Assembly (NCBI GenBank): GCA_034520945.1 | Contig: JAXHNB010000010.1 | Coordinates: 128,001-192,000, forward strand | From: Trueperaceae bacterium | GTDB lineage: Bacteria; Deinococcota; Deinococci; Deinococcales; Trueperaceae | Length of the DNA stretch: 64,000 bases | Direction: 5' to 3' | Shown here: positions 41,178 to 51,832 of the stretch, one piece after another | How the letters are laid out: the number at the start of each line of letters is the position of its first letter | How positions within the stretch are numbered: position 1 is the stretch's first letter | Made by a program: the position numbers and the translations under genes | Notes under the pieces: generated by a model | Told to the model about the DNA's origin: nothing | Seen by the model: only the letters and a program-made list of their open reading frames with translations | Database searches by the model: none

Positions 41178-42197
41178 TCATCGTGCCAGCAATGCGTCCA
41201 AGCTCGCCAACGCCCTGCGCAGCGCCCCGGGTCGTTCCAGGTGGACGTCGTGGCCTGCGTCTTCGGCGACGAGGAGCGGTGCGCCGCCGGCCCGCCGCGC
41301 CAGGTCCTCCTGCAGCCGCCGCCAGGTGCGCTCGGCCGCCTCGGCGTCGGGGTGGGAGCCGAACATGTCGTCGCGCCCGTGCCGGAGCACCACCGTGGGA
41401 AGGGCCGCCATGGCGTACGCGTCGGCCTCCCGAAGCGTCCGTTCCACCTCTTCCAGGCGTCCCCGTTCGGCCGCGGTCGCAGCGAAGAAGGCGGGGCGCG
41501 CCAGCTGCGCCCAGTAGGCGTCCAGGGCGTCGGCCGGCAGATCGGGGGCTTCGTGCAGGAGTGGTGCGAACAGGCGCACCAGCCCGAGGTGCGCCAGGAC
41601 CCGCACGCCCCGCCATGCGGACTCCGTGCGGTCCTCCAGCGCCACGATGCCGCCTGGGAGGCGCTCGCGTGCCTCCTCGTGCCTGGCGTCCACCAGCAGC
41701 AACCCCGCCACCCGGTCGGGCCGGCGCTGGGCGTACAGGCGTGCGTAGCTTCCGCCGAATCCGTGGCCGAGCAGCACCACGGTGCCCGCGGTGGGCCCAT
41801 CGCCCGCGGACCCGCCGAGCGCGTGACGCACCACGCGGTCCAGGTCCCGCACAACTGCGTCCGGACGCCCGGCGTCCCGGCGTGGATCGCTCCAGCCGTA
41901 ACCGGGCCGGTCGTAGCTGCACACGCGCCGGTCCTGGGCCAATACGCGCTGGGCGGGCTGCCAGTCGATGGTGCCGCTGCCGCTGCCGGGCACGACCACC
42001 ACGGGCGGCGATCCCGACCCGCGGCACAGGACGTGCACGGCGCGGCCGTCGACCTGCAGCCGCGTGCCCGGCGGCGTATGTCGCGCCGCGTCGCGGGCGC
42101 TGGCGATGCGTTGGTAGACGAAGCCTGCCACCAGCGCCAGCACGATCGTCGCGACGACCGCCAGGCCCACGCCCCGTGCGACGCGCCCGAAGGTCAC
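41178..42197 (-). CDS. Alpha/beta-hydrolase-fold protein with N-terminal TM; nucleophile Ser absent
   Basis: SYDRPGYGWS, GHGFGG (instead of GHSxGG), GLLLVD, AGHDVH. Confidence 0.85.
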   Translation of the reverse strand: MTFGRVARGVGLAVVATIVLALVAGFVYQRIASARDAARHTPPGTRLQVDGRAVHVLCRGSGSPPVVVVPGSGSGTIDWQPAQRVLAQDRRVCSYDRPGYGWSDPRRDAGRPDAVVRDLDRVVRHALGGSAGDGPTAGTVVLLGHGFGGSYARLYAQRRPDRVAGLLLVDARHEEARERLPGGIVALEDRTESAWRGVRVLAHLGLVRLFAPLLHEAPDLPADALDAYWAQLARPAFFAATAAERGRLEEVERTLREADAYAMAALPTVVLRHGRDDMFGSHPDAEAAERTWRRLQEDLARRAGGAPLLVAEDAGHDVHLERPGALRRALASLDALLAR

Positions 42198-42252
42198 CGG
42201 CGACCCGGGAACGAGGGGTCGAGGCGGCTCCGACGCGGCGCGCCATGCTGCG

Positions 42253-42762
42253 TCATGTCAACCCTAGGACGCGGCGCGCCGTGGCGTCGGCCAGCACCAC
42301 GGAGGCGGCGGCCTGCCGCGGCGGGACGGACCAGTAGCGTGCCAAGGCGCGGTTCTTCTGCTCGGGAGAGACCCTACGAAAGCCGTGCTTCTCGTAGAAC
42401 CGGTGCGCCCAGGTGGCGTCGGCCCAGGTGCCGATCAGGACGGGCCGCGTCGTTCCCTCGAGGAGGTGACCGAGCAGCGCGGAGCCGATGCCGCGTCGTT
42501 GCTGGCTGCGCAGCACGTACGCATGCCGGATGAGCGTCACCTCCTGCACCTCCTGGATGCCCATCACGCCCACGACACGTCCGTCCGCGACGTAGGCGAA
42601 GAACCCGACCCCGTCCGCGATCTCCTCCCGGAGTTCGCTGGCGGGCATGTACGGCTCGGTCCAGCACGCGGCCGGGATGACGTGCCGGTACGCTTCGGCC
42701 CCGTCGTTGACGACGTGCACGATGTGATCGACGTCGCGTTCGCTGCAGGGGCGGATCGACAC
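42253..42762 (-). CDS. GNAT-family N-acetyltransferase
   Basis: RHAYV, QRRGIGSALL, FYEKHGF; GTG start after GAGGAG. Confidence 0.88.
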   Translation of the reverse strand: MSIRPCSERDVDHIVHVVNDGAEAYRHVIPAACWTEPYMPASELREEIADGVGFFAYVADGRVVGVMGIQEVQEVTLIRHAYVLRSQQRRGIGSALLGHLLEGTTRPVLIGTWADATWAHRFYEKHGFRRVSPEQKNRALARYWSVPPRQAAASVVLADATARRVLGLT

Positions 42763-42922
42763 GGGTTCTCCTCTCGCGGGACAGTCACTTCCGACGCCTT
42801 GGGCGCGCGGGGCGGGCCGTTCGCAGGAATCGTACCGACCGGCGCAGTCGATGCGTCGTACCATGCGTACCGTACGCTTCGGAAGGAGGCACGTTTTGCC
42901 TTCTCCCCTTCGGGTTGCCGCT

Positions 42923-45113
42923 GTGCCACGTTCCATCTGCATCGTCCTGTCGACCCTCGCATTCGCACTGACGTGGTTCGCGCTCGCCCAGGACGTGATC
43001 ACGGCGGGCGGCGAAACCGACTATGCGCCGTACGAGTCGTACGACGAGGACGGCGATCCCGCCGGTTTCAACGTCGACCTGTTGCGCGCGATCGGCCGCG
43101 AGGTCGGCTTCGCGCTGGGCCCGTGGCAGGAGCAACGCGAGCGGCTTCAGGCCGGCGAGGTGGACGTACTCGGCATGTTCGTGTCCGAAGCACGGCGCAT
43201 CCGTGTCGACTTCGCGGAACCGAACGTGATCGTGTCGCATCGGATCTTCGTCCCGGCAGGCCGGGAAGCCGTCGAGGGCCTCGAGGACCTCGCCGGGCGA
43301 AGCGTGGTCGTGCAGCGCGGTGCGTACAGCCACGAACGGCTGGTGGCTACGAACCTCGAACTCGAACTGATCCTGGTCGATGACGAGCGCACGGGCCTGC
43401 TGCGGTTGGTGCGCGAAGGGCACGATGCGGCCCTGCTGACCGAGCATCGCGCGCGGCGCGTTTTAGAGGACGAAGGCCTGAACGGAGAGGTCGTCTCGGG
43501 CCCGCCCGTACTGCCAACAAAGTACGCCTTTGCCGTGCGCCCCGGCGGCGATGCCCTTCTGGCGCGTATCGACGAGGGTTTGGCGCGCGTCAAAGGCCAG
43601 CGGCGAGTTCGACCGCATCTACGCACGCTGGTTGACGCCCCGCGAGGAGGGCTACGAGCGGCGTCCAACGTGGCTCGTGGCTGGTGGCGGGCTCGCGTTG
43701 GCCCTGTCGGTCGCCGCCTCGTGGGCATGGCGGGCGCGTCGACGCCGCCGCGACGACCGGACCGCGCGCAGCGAGTTTAAGCATTTGCGTCGCCACGACC
43801 CGCTGACGGGGTTGTTGAATCGGCCGGCGTTCGAAGCGGAGCTGGCTCACGCTTCTGGGGCCACGGGTGTTGGCGCCGTATCCGGGCAGGACGCGCTGGC
43901 GACCTTCAACATCGATCAGTTCCGGCTCTTGAACGAGACGTACGGGCACGCGCGGGGCGACCGGGCGCTCCGCGACGTGGCAGGTCTCATTCAGCGATTG
44001 TCGACCCCGACGGACCGCAGTGCTCGGCTGGGCAACGACGAATTCGCCTGGCTGCTACGGGGGACGGACCTTCCCGCGGCTCGAGCGCGTTGCGAGACGC
44101 TTCTCGAACGCATCCGGACGGAGGGGGTCACCGACCTCGGGTCCCACGTGCGGATCACGGCAAGCGTTGGACTCGTCGCCGCGAACGGAGTGCAGGACGC
44201 GTCTACGCTTCTGCAATGTGCCGATGCAGCCACGCTCGCGGCCAAGGCGGACGGGGGCGACCGGGTGCACGAGTGGCAAGAGGACGACACCCGTTTGGCC
44301 GAGCGGCGGGGTGCATTGCGTTGGATCCGCGAGATCCGCGAGGCGCTGGACGAGGACCGGTTCACGGTGTTCGCACAACCGATCGTGGCGAGCGATCCGG
44401 CGGCGAGGTCCGTGCCTGCGGTTGAGGCGCTGATCCGCATGCGGACGCGTGAGGAGGAGATCGTGCCGGCCGGTCGCTTCATGCCGGCCGCCGAACGCTA
44501 CGGGCTGGCCAGCCGCATCGACGACTGGATGGTGAAAGCCGTCCTGGCGTGGCTAACGCCGAATCCAGCGCGGCGCAAGGAGCTGCGGCACGTCCACGTG
44601 AACCTCTCCGGTCGCAGCCTGGGCGACCCCGCCTTCCTCGCAGCCCTGGAGGTGGCGTTGGTCGCGTCCCGCGCGTTGCTTCCCTCGCTGTGCTTCGAGG
44701 TCACGGAGACGGCCCTGATCGAGAACCTGGACACCGCGCGCGACGTGATGACGCGCCTGCACGATCTGGGGTGTCGCTTCGCGCTGGACGACTTCGGGAT
44801 CGGGCATTCGTCCATGCGCTACCTCAAGCGTTTGCCGGTGGACTACCTGAAGATCGACGGCGTGTTCGTGCGGGACATGGCGCGGGACCCCGAGGCCGCG
44901 AAGCTGGTCGGTCAGATCCACCGGCTGGCCCGCACGATGGGTCTCGGCACCATTGCCGAGTTCGTCGAGTCCGACGAGATCCGCAGTCGGCTGCGTGGTT
45001 TGGGGGTTCAGGAGGTGCAGGGCTACGCCGTGGGGAAACCCGCGCCGTTGGACGAGGCGGTGGCGGCGTGCGCCCAGCGCACGCCGACCCGAGGCGCGTT
45101 CAGGCCGCGCTGA
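42923..45113 (+). pseudogene. Periplasmic-binding-domain-GGDEF-EAL protein, frameshifted (possible sequencing error)
   Basis: Signal + PBP domain (DYAPYE, GFNVDL) in ORF 42851. An extra A at 43592-43594 shifts into ORF 43530 (ASGEFDRIY, TM, LGNDEF, VEALIR, DDFGIG). Confidence 0.82.
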
Positions 45114-46248
45114 CGGGGTGTGGATCGTGCACGTCCGCCAGAACGCGTTGCATCCACACGCGCGTCGCGCCGACCGCTGCGCCGCCGGGCCCCACGACAC
45201 GCGCCGGGCGCGTGCGCAGATTGTTGTCCAACAGGGTCGGAAGCCGCCTTCGTGCCTCGTGCTCGATGCGCTTGCGCACCTCCGCGGGCGCACCCGCCAG
45301 CTGGCCGCCCAACACCAGAAGGTTCGGTTGGACCAGGTGCACGAAGGCGGCGATGTGCGCGCCGAGTACGACGCTCATTCGGGCGACCACCTCATCGGCC
45401 GGCCGGTGACCCGCGGCGGCGCCGTCCAACAGGTCTCGCACCGTGACGCTGGGCGCACGGTGGCGTGCCCCGGCCGCTCGGGACAGGCGCGCGTGCACCT
45501 CGGCCAGCCCCTTGGCGGTGAGGAGTTGGGCGGCGTCGGGGTCGTCGACGCCGGGCGTCAGGTCGGAGGCGACGAGGCCGGCGTTGCCGAACGGTCCCAC
45601 GTAGGGGGCGCCGCCCAAAAACATGGCGAACTTGACGCCCTCTTGGAATCCGACGTACGCCGCGGGCCGCGCGACCTCCGCGGGCGTGAACTCGGCGGTG
45701 GCCAGGGCGTCGACATCGTTGACCACGGCGACACGGAGGCCGGTCGCGCCGCGCAGGCGGTCGCACAGGGGCAGGTTGTCCCAGTTTGGGACACGCCCGA
45801 TGGTGAGGATGGTGCCCGTCTCGGGGTCCACGTACCCCGGGGTGGCCACGCCGAGCCCGAGGACGCGGCGTTCGGGCATGCGCGTTCGCAGCCTCTCCAA
45901 GAAGCCGAGCACCTCCCGGTGCACGGCCTCGGGCTCCAGTTCGGCGAGGTCCGACGGTTCGACCGCGTCCAGGACCGTTCCGGTGAGGTCGGTCGCCAGC
46001 AGCCGCATGCCGGGGTGGGCCAGGTGGACGCCCACGAGCGCGTGCGTGGTCTCGTCGATGCCGAAGCGGTTGGCGGGTCGACCGCCGGTGCCTTCGGCCC
46101 GGCCGACCACCCGCACCCAACGCGCGCGCTCCAGGTCGTGCACGGCACGCCGAACCGTGGGCAGGCTGGTTCCCGTGGCGTCACTCAGTTCGGCGAGCGA
46201 GCCGGGGCGATCGAGGAGGTGGGCGAGGATGGCGCGTTGCGTGTCCAT
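45100..46248 (-). CDS. ROK-family transcriptional regulator
   Basis: N-terminal HTH, GGRP, GVATPGYVD, NDV.A.A.AE; divergent from the sugar operon. Confidence 0.9.
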   Translation of the reverse strand: MDTQRAILAHLLDRPGSLAELSDATGTSLPTVRRAVHDLERARWVRVVGRAEGTGGRPANRFGIDETTHALVGVHLAHPGMRLLATDLTGTVLDAVEPSDLAELEPEAVHREVLGFLERLRTRMPERRVLGLGVATPGYVDPETGTILTIGRVPNWDNLPLCDRLRGATGLRVAVVNDVDALATAEFTPAEVARPAAYVGFQEGVKFAMFLGGAPYVGPFGNAGLVASDLTPGVDDPDAAQLLTAKGLAEVHARLSRAAGARHRAPSVTVRDLLDGAAAGHRPADEVVARMSVVLGAHIAAFVHLVQPNLLVLGGQLAGAPAEVRKRIEHEARRRLPTLLDNNLRTRPARVVGPGGAAVGATRVWMQRVLADVHDPHPVSAA

Positions 46249-46338
46249 GGGGGTCCTTGGGGGGTCCGGGGGGCGGCTCGGACGATACTGGATGCGACCG
46301 TGGCGTGGCGCGGGGCGCGCACCCACGTCGCTGCCCCC

Positions 46339-46371
46339 TTGACACCTTTTCGAAAGCATTATACAAAAAGG
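46339..46371 (+). promoter_or_regulatory. Promoter (-35 TTGACA) overlapped by an AT-rich ROK-like operator
   Basis: TTGACA at 46339, then the inverted repeat CCTTTT...AAAAGG (46345-46371) in an otherwise GC-rich context. Confidence 0.65.
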
Positions 46372-46454
46372 CATCCCTAAGTGGCGTGGGCCGTTGCGCC
46401 CATCGCCGAGCACGACCGCCGCTTGCCACCTGACGAGGAGGCGCTCACGACGTC

Positions 46455-47986
46455 ATGATCGCGGGATTCGAAGGTCTGACCCCCCGCTACGGGGACCTGC
46501 ACACCCATTGCGACCTCTCCTACGGCCACGGCAGCCCAGAGGAGGCCCTGGTCAATGCCCGTTTGCAGCTGGACTTCGTGAGCTTGACGGTGCACGGCGC
46601 CTGGCCCGACGTCCCCGCGGACGATCCCGACCTGGCCTACCTCGTCGACTATCACCGCCGCGGCTTCGAACGTGCCCGCGAAGGGTGGGACGCCTACGTG
46701 CGCCTGGTCGAGGCCACCAACGACCCCGGCACGCTGGTCACCTTGCCCAGCTTCGAATGGCACTCCAGGCGCTACGGCGACTACTGCGCCTACTTCCGCG
46801 AGCCGCAGGAGAGCCGCATCATCGACGCGCCCGACCTCCCCGCCCTCAGGGCGGCCGTCCAGGACGCCCCCAGCGGGGCGATGCTGATCCCCCACCACAC
46901 CGGCTATCAGCGCGGCTACCGCGGCATCGACTGGGACGCCTTCCGGGACGACGCGTCCCCCCTCGCGGAGATCGTGTCGTTCCACGGCGCCGCCGAGAGC
47001 TGCGATGGGCCGGTTCCCTACCTGCACGCGATGGGACCCCGCGTGGGGGCGGGCACGGCCCGGCACGGTTGGCGCGCCGGCCACCGCTTCGGCGTGGTCG
47101 GCGGTACCGACCACCACAACGCCGTCCCCGGCGCGTACGGGTTCGGCCGCACCGGGGCGTGGCTGCCGGAGCTGACGCGCGAATCCTTGTGGGACGCGCT
47201 TCGTGCGCGGCGTACCTACGCGCTCACCGGCGACCGCATCGCGGTGGCGTTCACCGTCAACGGAACATTGATGGGCGGCGTGGCGCCCGCCGCCGACGCC
47301 CGCGACGTCGAGGTCGCCGTCCGCGGCGGCCACGGGCTGGAGTACGTCGAGCTCCTGCACGACGAGCGCGTCGTGCACCGCGAGTCGGTCTTGCCCCAGC
47401 CGGCCTTCGCCGGCGGGCCGGCCCGCGTCAAGGTCCACGTCCAGGTCGGTTGGGGCGAACGTGACGAGGCCACCCCGTGGGACGTGCAGCTGCGGGTGCG
47501 CGACGGTCGCTTGGTCGACGTCGAGCCCCGCTTCCGCGGCCCCTTCCCCTCCGGGGCGCCGCCGCTGGACGGCGTCCGCGCCCCGCACGCGCTGGAACGC
47601 CCTGGCGCCGACGCCGTACGCTTCACCACCCGAACCTTCCCGAACCCCTACTCGGCGATCGCCGCCACCGAGGGCGTCTGCCTGGAGATCGACGCCGACG
47701 ACGCCACGGCGTTGGAGGCCGTGGTCAACGGCGAACGCCACGACGTGCCCGCTGCGCGAGCTTGAGCGACGGCGCCCGCAGCGCCCACCTGGCCGGCTTC
47801 GTCTCCCCCGCCATCGCCTTCGGCCGCGCCGTGCCAGCCTCCGAGTTCGCCACCACCTTCCGTTTCCGCCACCACGCGCGCGACGCGGGCGTCGACGCCT
47901 ACCGCGTACGCGTGCGGCAACGCAACGACCAGTGGGCGTGGAGTTCACCCGTTTGGGTGCGCGCCGCCACCTCCGAAGGGGGGTGA
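46455..47986 (+). pseudogene. DUF3604/PHP-like metallohydrolase, frameshifted near the 3' end (possible sequencing error)
   Basis: GDLHTH, FEWH, IPHH, EIVSFHG, GGTDHH, RRTYA.TG. The C-terminal YRVRVRQ..QWAWSSPVWV lies in another frame after about 47750-47763. Confidence 0.8.
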
Positions 47987-48068
47987 GAGGAGGGACCGAC
48001 CACCGTTCACCGACGCCTCGTGCCTAGTCGGCGCCGCCTTGGAGCCGCGCCGCACCGAAGGAGATCCC

Positions 48069-49361
48069 ATGCGTACCACCGTTCGTTTCCTGCTCGTCCT
48101 CAGCCTGGCGTGGGCTACCACCGCCCTCGCACAGGACAGCAGCATCGACTGCGTCACCGACGAAGAAGCCACCATCACCTACCTGGGTGACCCCGTCGGC
48201 AACCTTCCGGAGACCGAAGCAGCCACCATCGCCGCCTTCGAGGAGGCCTGCCCCCACATCGACGTCGAGCGCGTCCCCGGCCCCTCCAGCACCTCGGAGG
48301 TGCTGTCGAACTACCTCACCATGCTGGAGAACGAGAGCGGCGACATCGACGTCATGCGGATCGACGTGATTCAGCCCGGCATTCTCGCGGACAACCTGGT
48401 GGACCTCTCCCCGTACGTCTCGCAGGAGGTGCTCGACCAGCACTTCCCCGGCTACGTTCAGAACAACACCCTCGGCGACGAGTTGGTCGCCATCTCGTTC
48501 CGCCTCGGGGCCGGCATGCTCTACTACCGCACCGACCTGCTCGACGAATACGGCTATGACGGCCCGCCCGAGACCTGGGACGAGCTCGAGGAGATGGCCT
48601 CGACCATTCAGGAAGGCGAGCGCGCCGACGGCAACGACGACTTCTGGGGCTTCGTGTGGCAGGGCAACGACTACGAGGGCCTGACCACCAACGCCCTGGA
48701 GTGGCAGGTCTCCGCCGGGGGCGGCCGCATCGTCAGCGACGCGGGCGAGATCGAGGTCAACAATGCGGCCTTCCGCGACGCGCTCGAGCAGGCCGCCGGC
48801 TGGGTCGGTACCATCAGCCCGCCCGGCGTCACCGGCTACCAGGAAGAGGACGCCCGCGGCGTGTGGCACGCCGGCAACGCGGCCTTCATGCGCAACTGGC
48901 CGTACGCCTACAGCACCACCCTGGACAGCGAAGCGGTCGGCGACGCCTTCGCCGTCACCCACCTGCCCGCCGGCGAGTCTGGCGACTGGGCGACCTCCAT
49001 GGGCGGCTGGAGCATCGCGGTCAACAAGTACAGCGAATACCCCGAGGCGGCCGTGGCCTTCGCCAAGCACTTCGCCTCCTATGAAGAACAGAAGCGCCGC
49101 GCCATCGAGAACTCGATCAACCCCACCATCGCCGCCCTCTACCAGGACGAGGACGTCATCGAAGCGGTGCCGTTCTTCGACGGACTGAACGAGGTGTTCG
49201 CGAACGTCACGCCTCGCCCCTCGACCGTCACCGGCGAGCAATACAACCAGGTGTCCACGCTCTACTCCGGCGCCGTGCACAGCGTGCTGACCGGGGAGCA
49301 GAACGCCGCCACCGCGCTCGAGCTCCTGGAGCTGGACCTCCAGGATCTACTGAACGACTGA
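48069..49361 (+). CDS. Carbohydrate ABC transporter substrate-binding protein (trehalose/maltose-like)
   Basis: Signal peptide, LYYRTDLL, PETWDEL, QG..YEGL, FMRNWPY, GGW. Confidence 0.93.
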   Translation: MRTTVRFLLVLSLAWATTALAQDSSIDCVTDEEATITYLGDPVGNLPETEAATIAAFEEACPHIDVERVPGPSSTSEVLSNYLTMLENESGDIDVMRIDVIQPGILADNLVDLSPYVSQEVLDQHFPGYVQNNTLGDELVAISFRLGAGMLYYRTDLLDEYGYDGPPETWDELEEMASTIQEGERADGNDDFWGFVWQGNDYEGLTTNALEWQVSAGGGRIVSDAGEIEVNNAAFRDALEQAAGWVGTISPPGVTGYQEEDARGVWHAGNAAFMRNWPYAYSTTLDSEAVGDAFAVTHLPAGESGDWATSMGGWSIAVNKYSEYPEAAVAFAKHFASYEEQKRRAIENSINPTIAALYQDEDVIEAVPFFDGLNEVFANVTPRPSTVTGEQYNQVSTLYSGAVHSVLTGEQNAATALELLELDLQDLLND

Positions 49362-49371
49362 GTCCGCTGTA

Positions 49372-49396
49372 GGGGGGGCGGTTTCACCGTCCCCCC
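49372..49396 (+). terminator. Stem-loop after the SBP gene (partial terminator or mRNA stabiliser)
   Basis: GGGGGGCGGT-TTC-ACCGTCCCCC hairpin. Confidence 0.5.
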
Positions 49397-49411
49397 ACCC
49401 GGTTCCCTCCC

Positions 49412-50977
49412 ATGGACCCACGCCGCGACACACGCACGCACCGCCCCGCCACGACCCCCGGTTCGCTGGCGCTGGGCGGTGCCCTCGTCCTTCTGGGCCC
49501 CCTTGCCGTGCTGGTGCTGGTCCTGGCCATCGGCGCCGACCCCGGCGTGCGAGCCGCGTTGGAGGCGGGCGCCGGACCCGAGGCGCCTTCGTTGACGCTC
49601 GCGGTCCTGGACGGCTTCGGCCTGCTCGTGCCGTTGCTGGTCGCGACCCTCGGCGCTCTGACCGTGGGCTTCGGGATTCGTGTCGCCCGCAGGGATGCGG
49701 GCGTGCTGCGCCTCACACGCGACGCCTTCGGCTGGGCAGCGCTGGCCACGGCCGGGCTCAGCCTCGTGCGACTGGTACAGGGGGAACCCCTGCTGCCCGC
49801 GGAGGGGGCGCTGGGGATGCGGCTCATGGGGGGCATCGCCGGTCCCGCCGTCGCGTTCGCGGCCGCGTTCGCCCTGAGGACCGCCCTCGCCCGGGCCTCC
49901 GAAGCGCCCGATCTGCCTTCCGAACCCCTGCCGGCGCGGGAGCGACGCTCCGCGTGGAACCTCCTCCTGCCCGCGCTGCTCATCCTTCTGGTGGTCGCCG
50001 CGCGCCCCCTCGAGGGCACCGTCATCACCAGCCTCACCGACAAGCGTTTCGCCTCGGATCAAGTGACCCAGTTCGTGGGCCTTCAGAACTACCGGGAGCT
50101 GCTCTCGATCCAGTTCGACACCCTCACCTGCCGCGAGGCGGACGATGGCGGCTGCGCGCGCAGCGCGAACGGCAACATCCAATGGGACGTCCTGCCGCGC
50201 GAACGGCTCGTGGAGGGGTACCGCTCCGTATGGACGTGGAACCTCCCCTTCGTCACCCGCTCCGGCGAGGCCTGGACGCTGAGCGCCCTCGACGCCGCCT
50301 GGATCCGCAGCATCTGGGTGACGGTCGTATTCACGATATTTTCCGTATTTTTCGAGCTCGTCCTGGGCCTGTTCATCGCCCTCACCGTGCACTCGGCGTT
50401 CGCGGGACGCGGCCTCATGCGCGCGGTGATGCTGATCCCATGGGCCATCCCGACGGTGGTCGCCGCGCGCCTCTGGGAGGTGATCCTGAAGGACTCGAGT
50501 GCCGGCGTGCTGAACTCGGGCCTGATGACGCTCGGCCTCATCGACCGGCCCCAGGCGTGGCTCACGAACGCGTCGCTGCAACTCCCGTCGGTGATCGCGA
50601 TCGACGTGTGGAAGACGGCACCGTTCATGGCCCTGCTCCTCCTCGCCGGCCTGCAAACGATCCCCCGCGAACTGTACGAGTCGGCGCGCGTGGACGGGGC
50701 CAACCGCGTCCGCGAGTTCTTCGCCATCACCCTGCCCCTGTTGCGTCCCGCCATCGGGGTCGCCCTCATCTTCCGCACCCTGGACGCCCTGCGCGTGTTC
50801 GACCAGTTCCAGGTCCTCTTCGGCCGCTCGAAGCGGAGCGTCTCCACCTACAACTTCGAGGTGTTGATCAACAACCAGGAAGCCGGGTACGCCGCCGCCA
50901 TCGGGGTGCTCATCTTCTTGCTCATCTTTGCCTTCGCCATAGCCTACGTGCGCGTCCTGGGGGTGAATCGTTCATGA
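49412..50977 (+). CDS. Carbohydrate ABC permease (MalF-like, extra N-terminal TM segments)
   Basis: FVGLQNY, IPWAIP, DVWKTAPF, EAA loop ESARVDGA. Confidence 0.92.
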   Translation: MDPRRDTRTHRPATTPGSLALGGALVLLGPLAVLVLVLAIGADPGVRAALEAGAGPEAPSLTLAVLDGFGLLVPLLVATLGALTVGFGIRVARRDAGVLRLTRDAFGWAALATAGLSLVRLVQGEPLLPAEGALGMRLMGGIAGPAVAFAAAFALRTALARASEAPDLPSEPLPARERRSAWNLLLPALLILLVVAARPLEGTVITSLTDKRFASDQVTQFVGLQNYRELLSIQFDTLTCREADDGGCARSANGNIQWDVLPRERLVEGYRSVWTWNLPFVTRSGEAWTLSALDAAWIRSIWVTVVFTIFSVFFELVLGLFIALTVHSAFAGRGLMRAVMLIPWAIPTVVAARLWEVILKDSSAGVLNSGLMTLGLIDRPQAWLTNASLQLPSVIAIDVWKTAPFMALLLLAGLQTIPRELYESARVDGANRVREFFAITLPLLRPAIGVALIFRTLDALRVFDQFQVLFGRSKRSVSTYNFEVLINNQEAGYAAAIGVLIFLLIFAFAIAYVRVLGVNRS

Positions 50978-51822
50978 TCCGCCGGTACCTTCGCGCCCTC
51001 GGCCAGAACCTCGCGCTCTACGTCGGCGTGGCGGTCGTGGCGCTGTACTCGCTGACGCCGTTCGTATGGGCGATCTCCACCTCGCTCAAGCACGAGGACG
51101 AGCTGTTCGGCCGCGCCCGCCTGATCCCGCAGGATCCCACCCTCGATCACTACGTCGCGGTGCTCAGCAACGGTCCGTTCCTGCGCGCCCTGGCCAACTC
51201 CTTCCTGGTGGCCGGCGGGAGCGCGGTGCTGGCGTTGGCGGCCGGCTCGTTCGCCGCCTACGCGCTGGGGCGCCTGCGGTTCCGCGGCAAGACCACCATG
51301 CTGTACGTGGTGCTGGCGATGACGATGTTCCCGCAGATCTCGGTCCTGTCCGGCATGTACGAGAACGTGCGCGAGTTCGGCATCTTCGGCACGCAGTTCG
51401 CCATGCTGTACGCCTATCCCCTGTTCACGCTGCCGTTCGCCGCCTGGGTGCTGACCTCGTTCTTCCGGGGCCTCCCGCGCGAGATCGAGGAGGCCGCCGT
51501 GGTGGACGGCGCCACCACCGCGCAGATCTTCGTGCGGATCCTGCTGCCGCTGACCACCCCCGCCCTGGTCACGACGGGGCTGCTGACCTTCATCGTGTCG
51601 TGGAACGAGTACGTGTTTGCGCTGGCGTTCACGCTGACCAGCCCGGGCGCGCAGACCGTACCCGTCGCCATCGCCCAGTTCACGGGGATCGTGTCGCGCC
51701 AGGAACCGATCGCCGAGATCATGGCCGGCGCGATCATCGTCACCGTGCCGCTGGTGGTGCTGGTCCTGCTGTTCCAGCGCCGCATCGCCGCCGGTCTGAC
51801 CGCCGGCTCCGTGAAAGGATGA
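50974..51822 (+). CDS. Carbohydrate ABC permease (MalG-like)
   Basis: AAYAL.RL.F, EEAAVVDGA, WNEY, GLTAGSVKG. Confidence 0.93.
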   Translation: MIRRYLRALGQNLALYVGVAVVALYSLTPFVWAISTSLKHEDELFGRARLIPQDPTLDHYVAVLSNGPFLRALANSFLVAGGSAVLALAAGSFAAYALGRLRFRGKTTMLYVVLAMTMFPQISVLSGMYENVREFGIFGTQFAMLYAYPLFTLPFAAWVLTSFFRGLPREIEEAAVVDGATTAQIFVRILLPLTTPALVTTGLLTFIVSWNEYVFALAFTLTSPGAQTVPVAIAQFTGIVSRQEPIAEIMAGAIIVTVPLVVLVLLFQRRIAAGLTAGSVKG

Positions 51823-51832
51823 TCCTTCGCGC

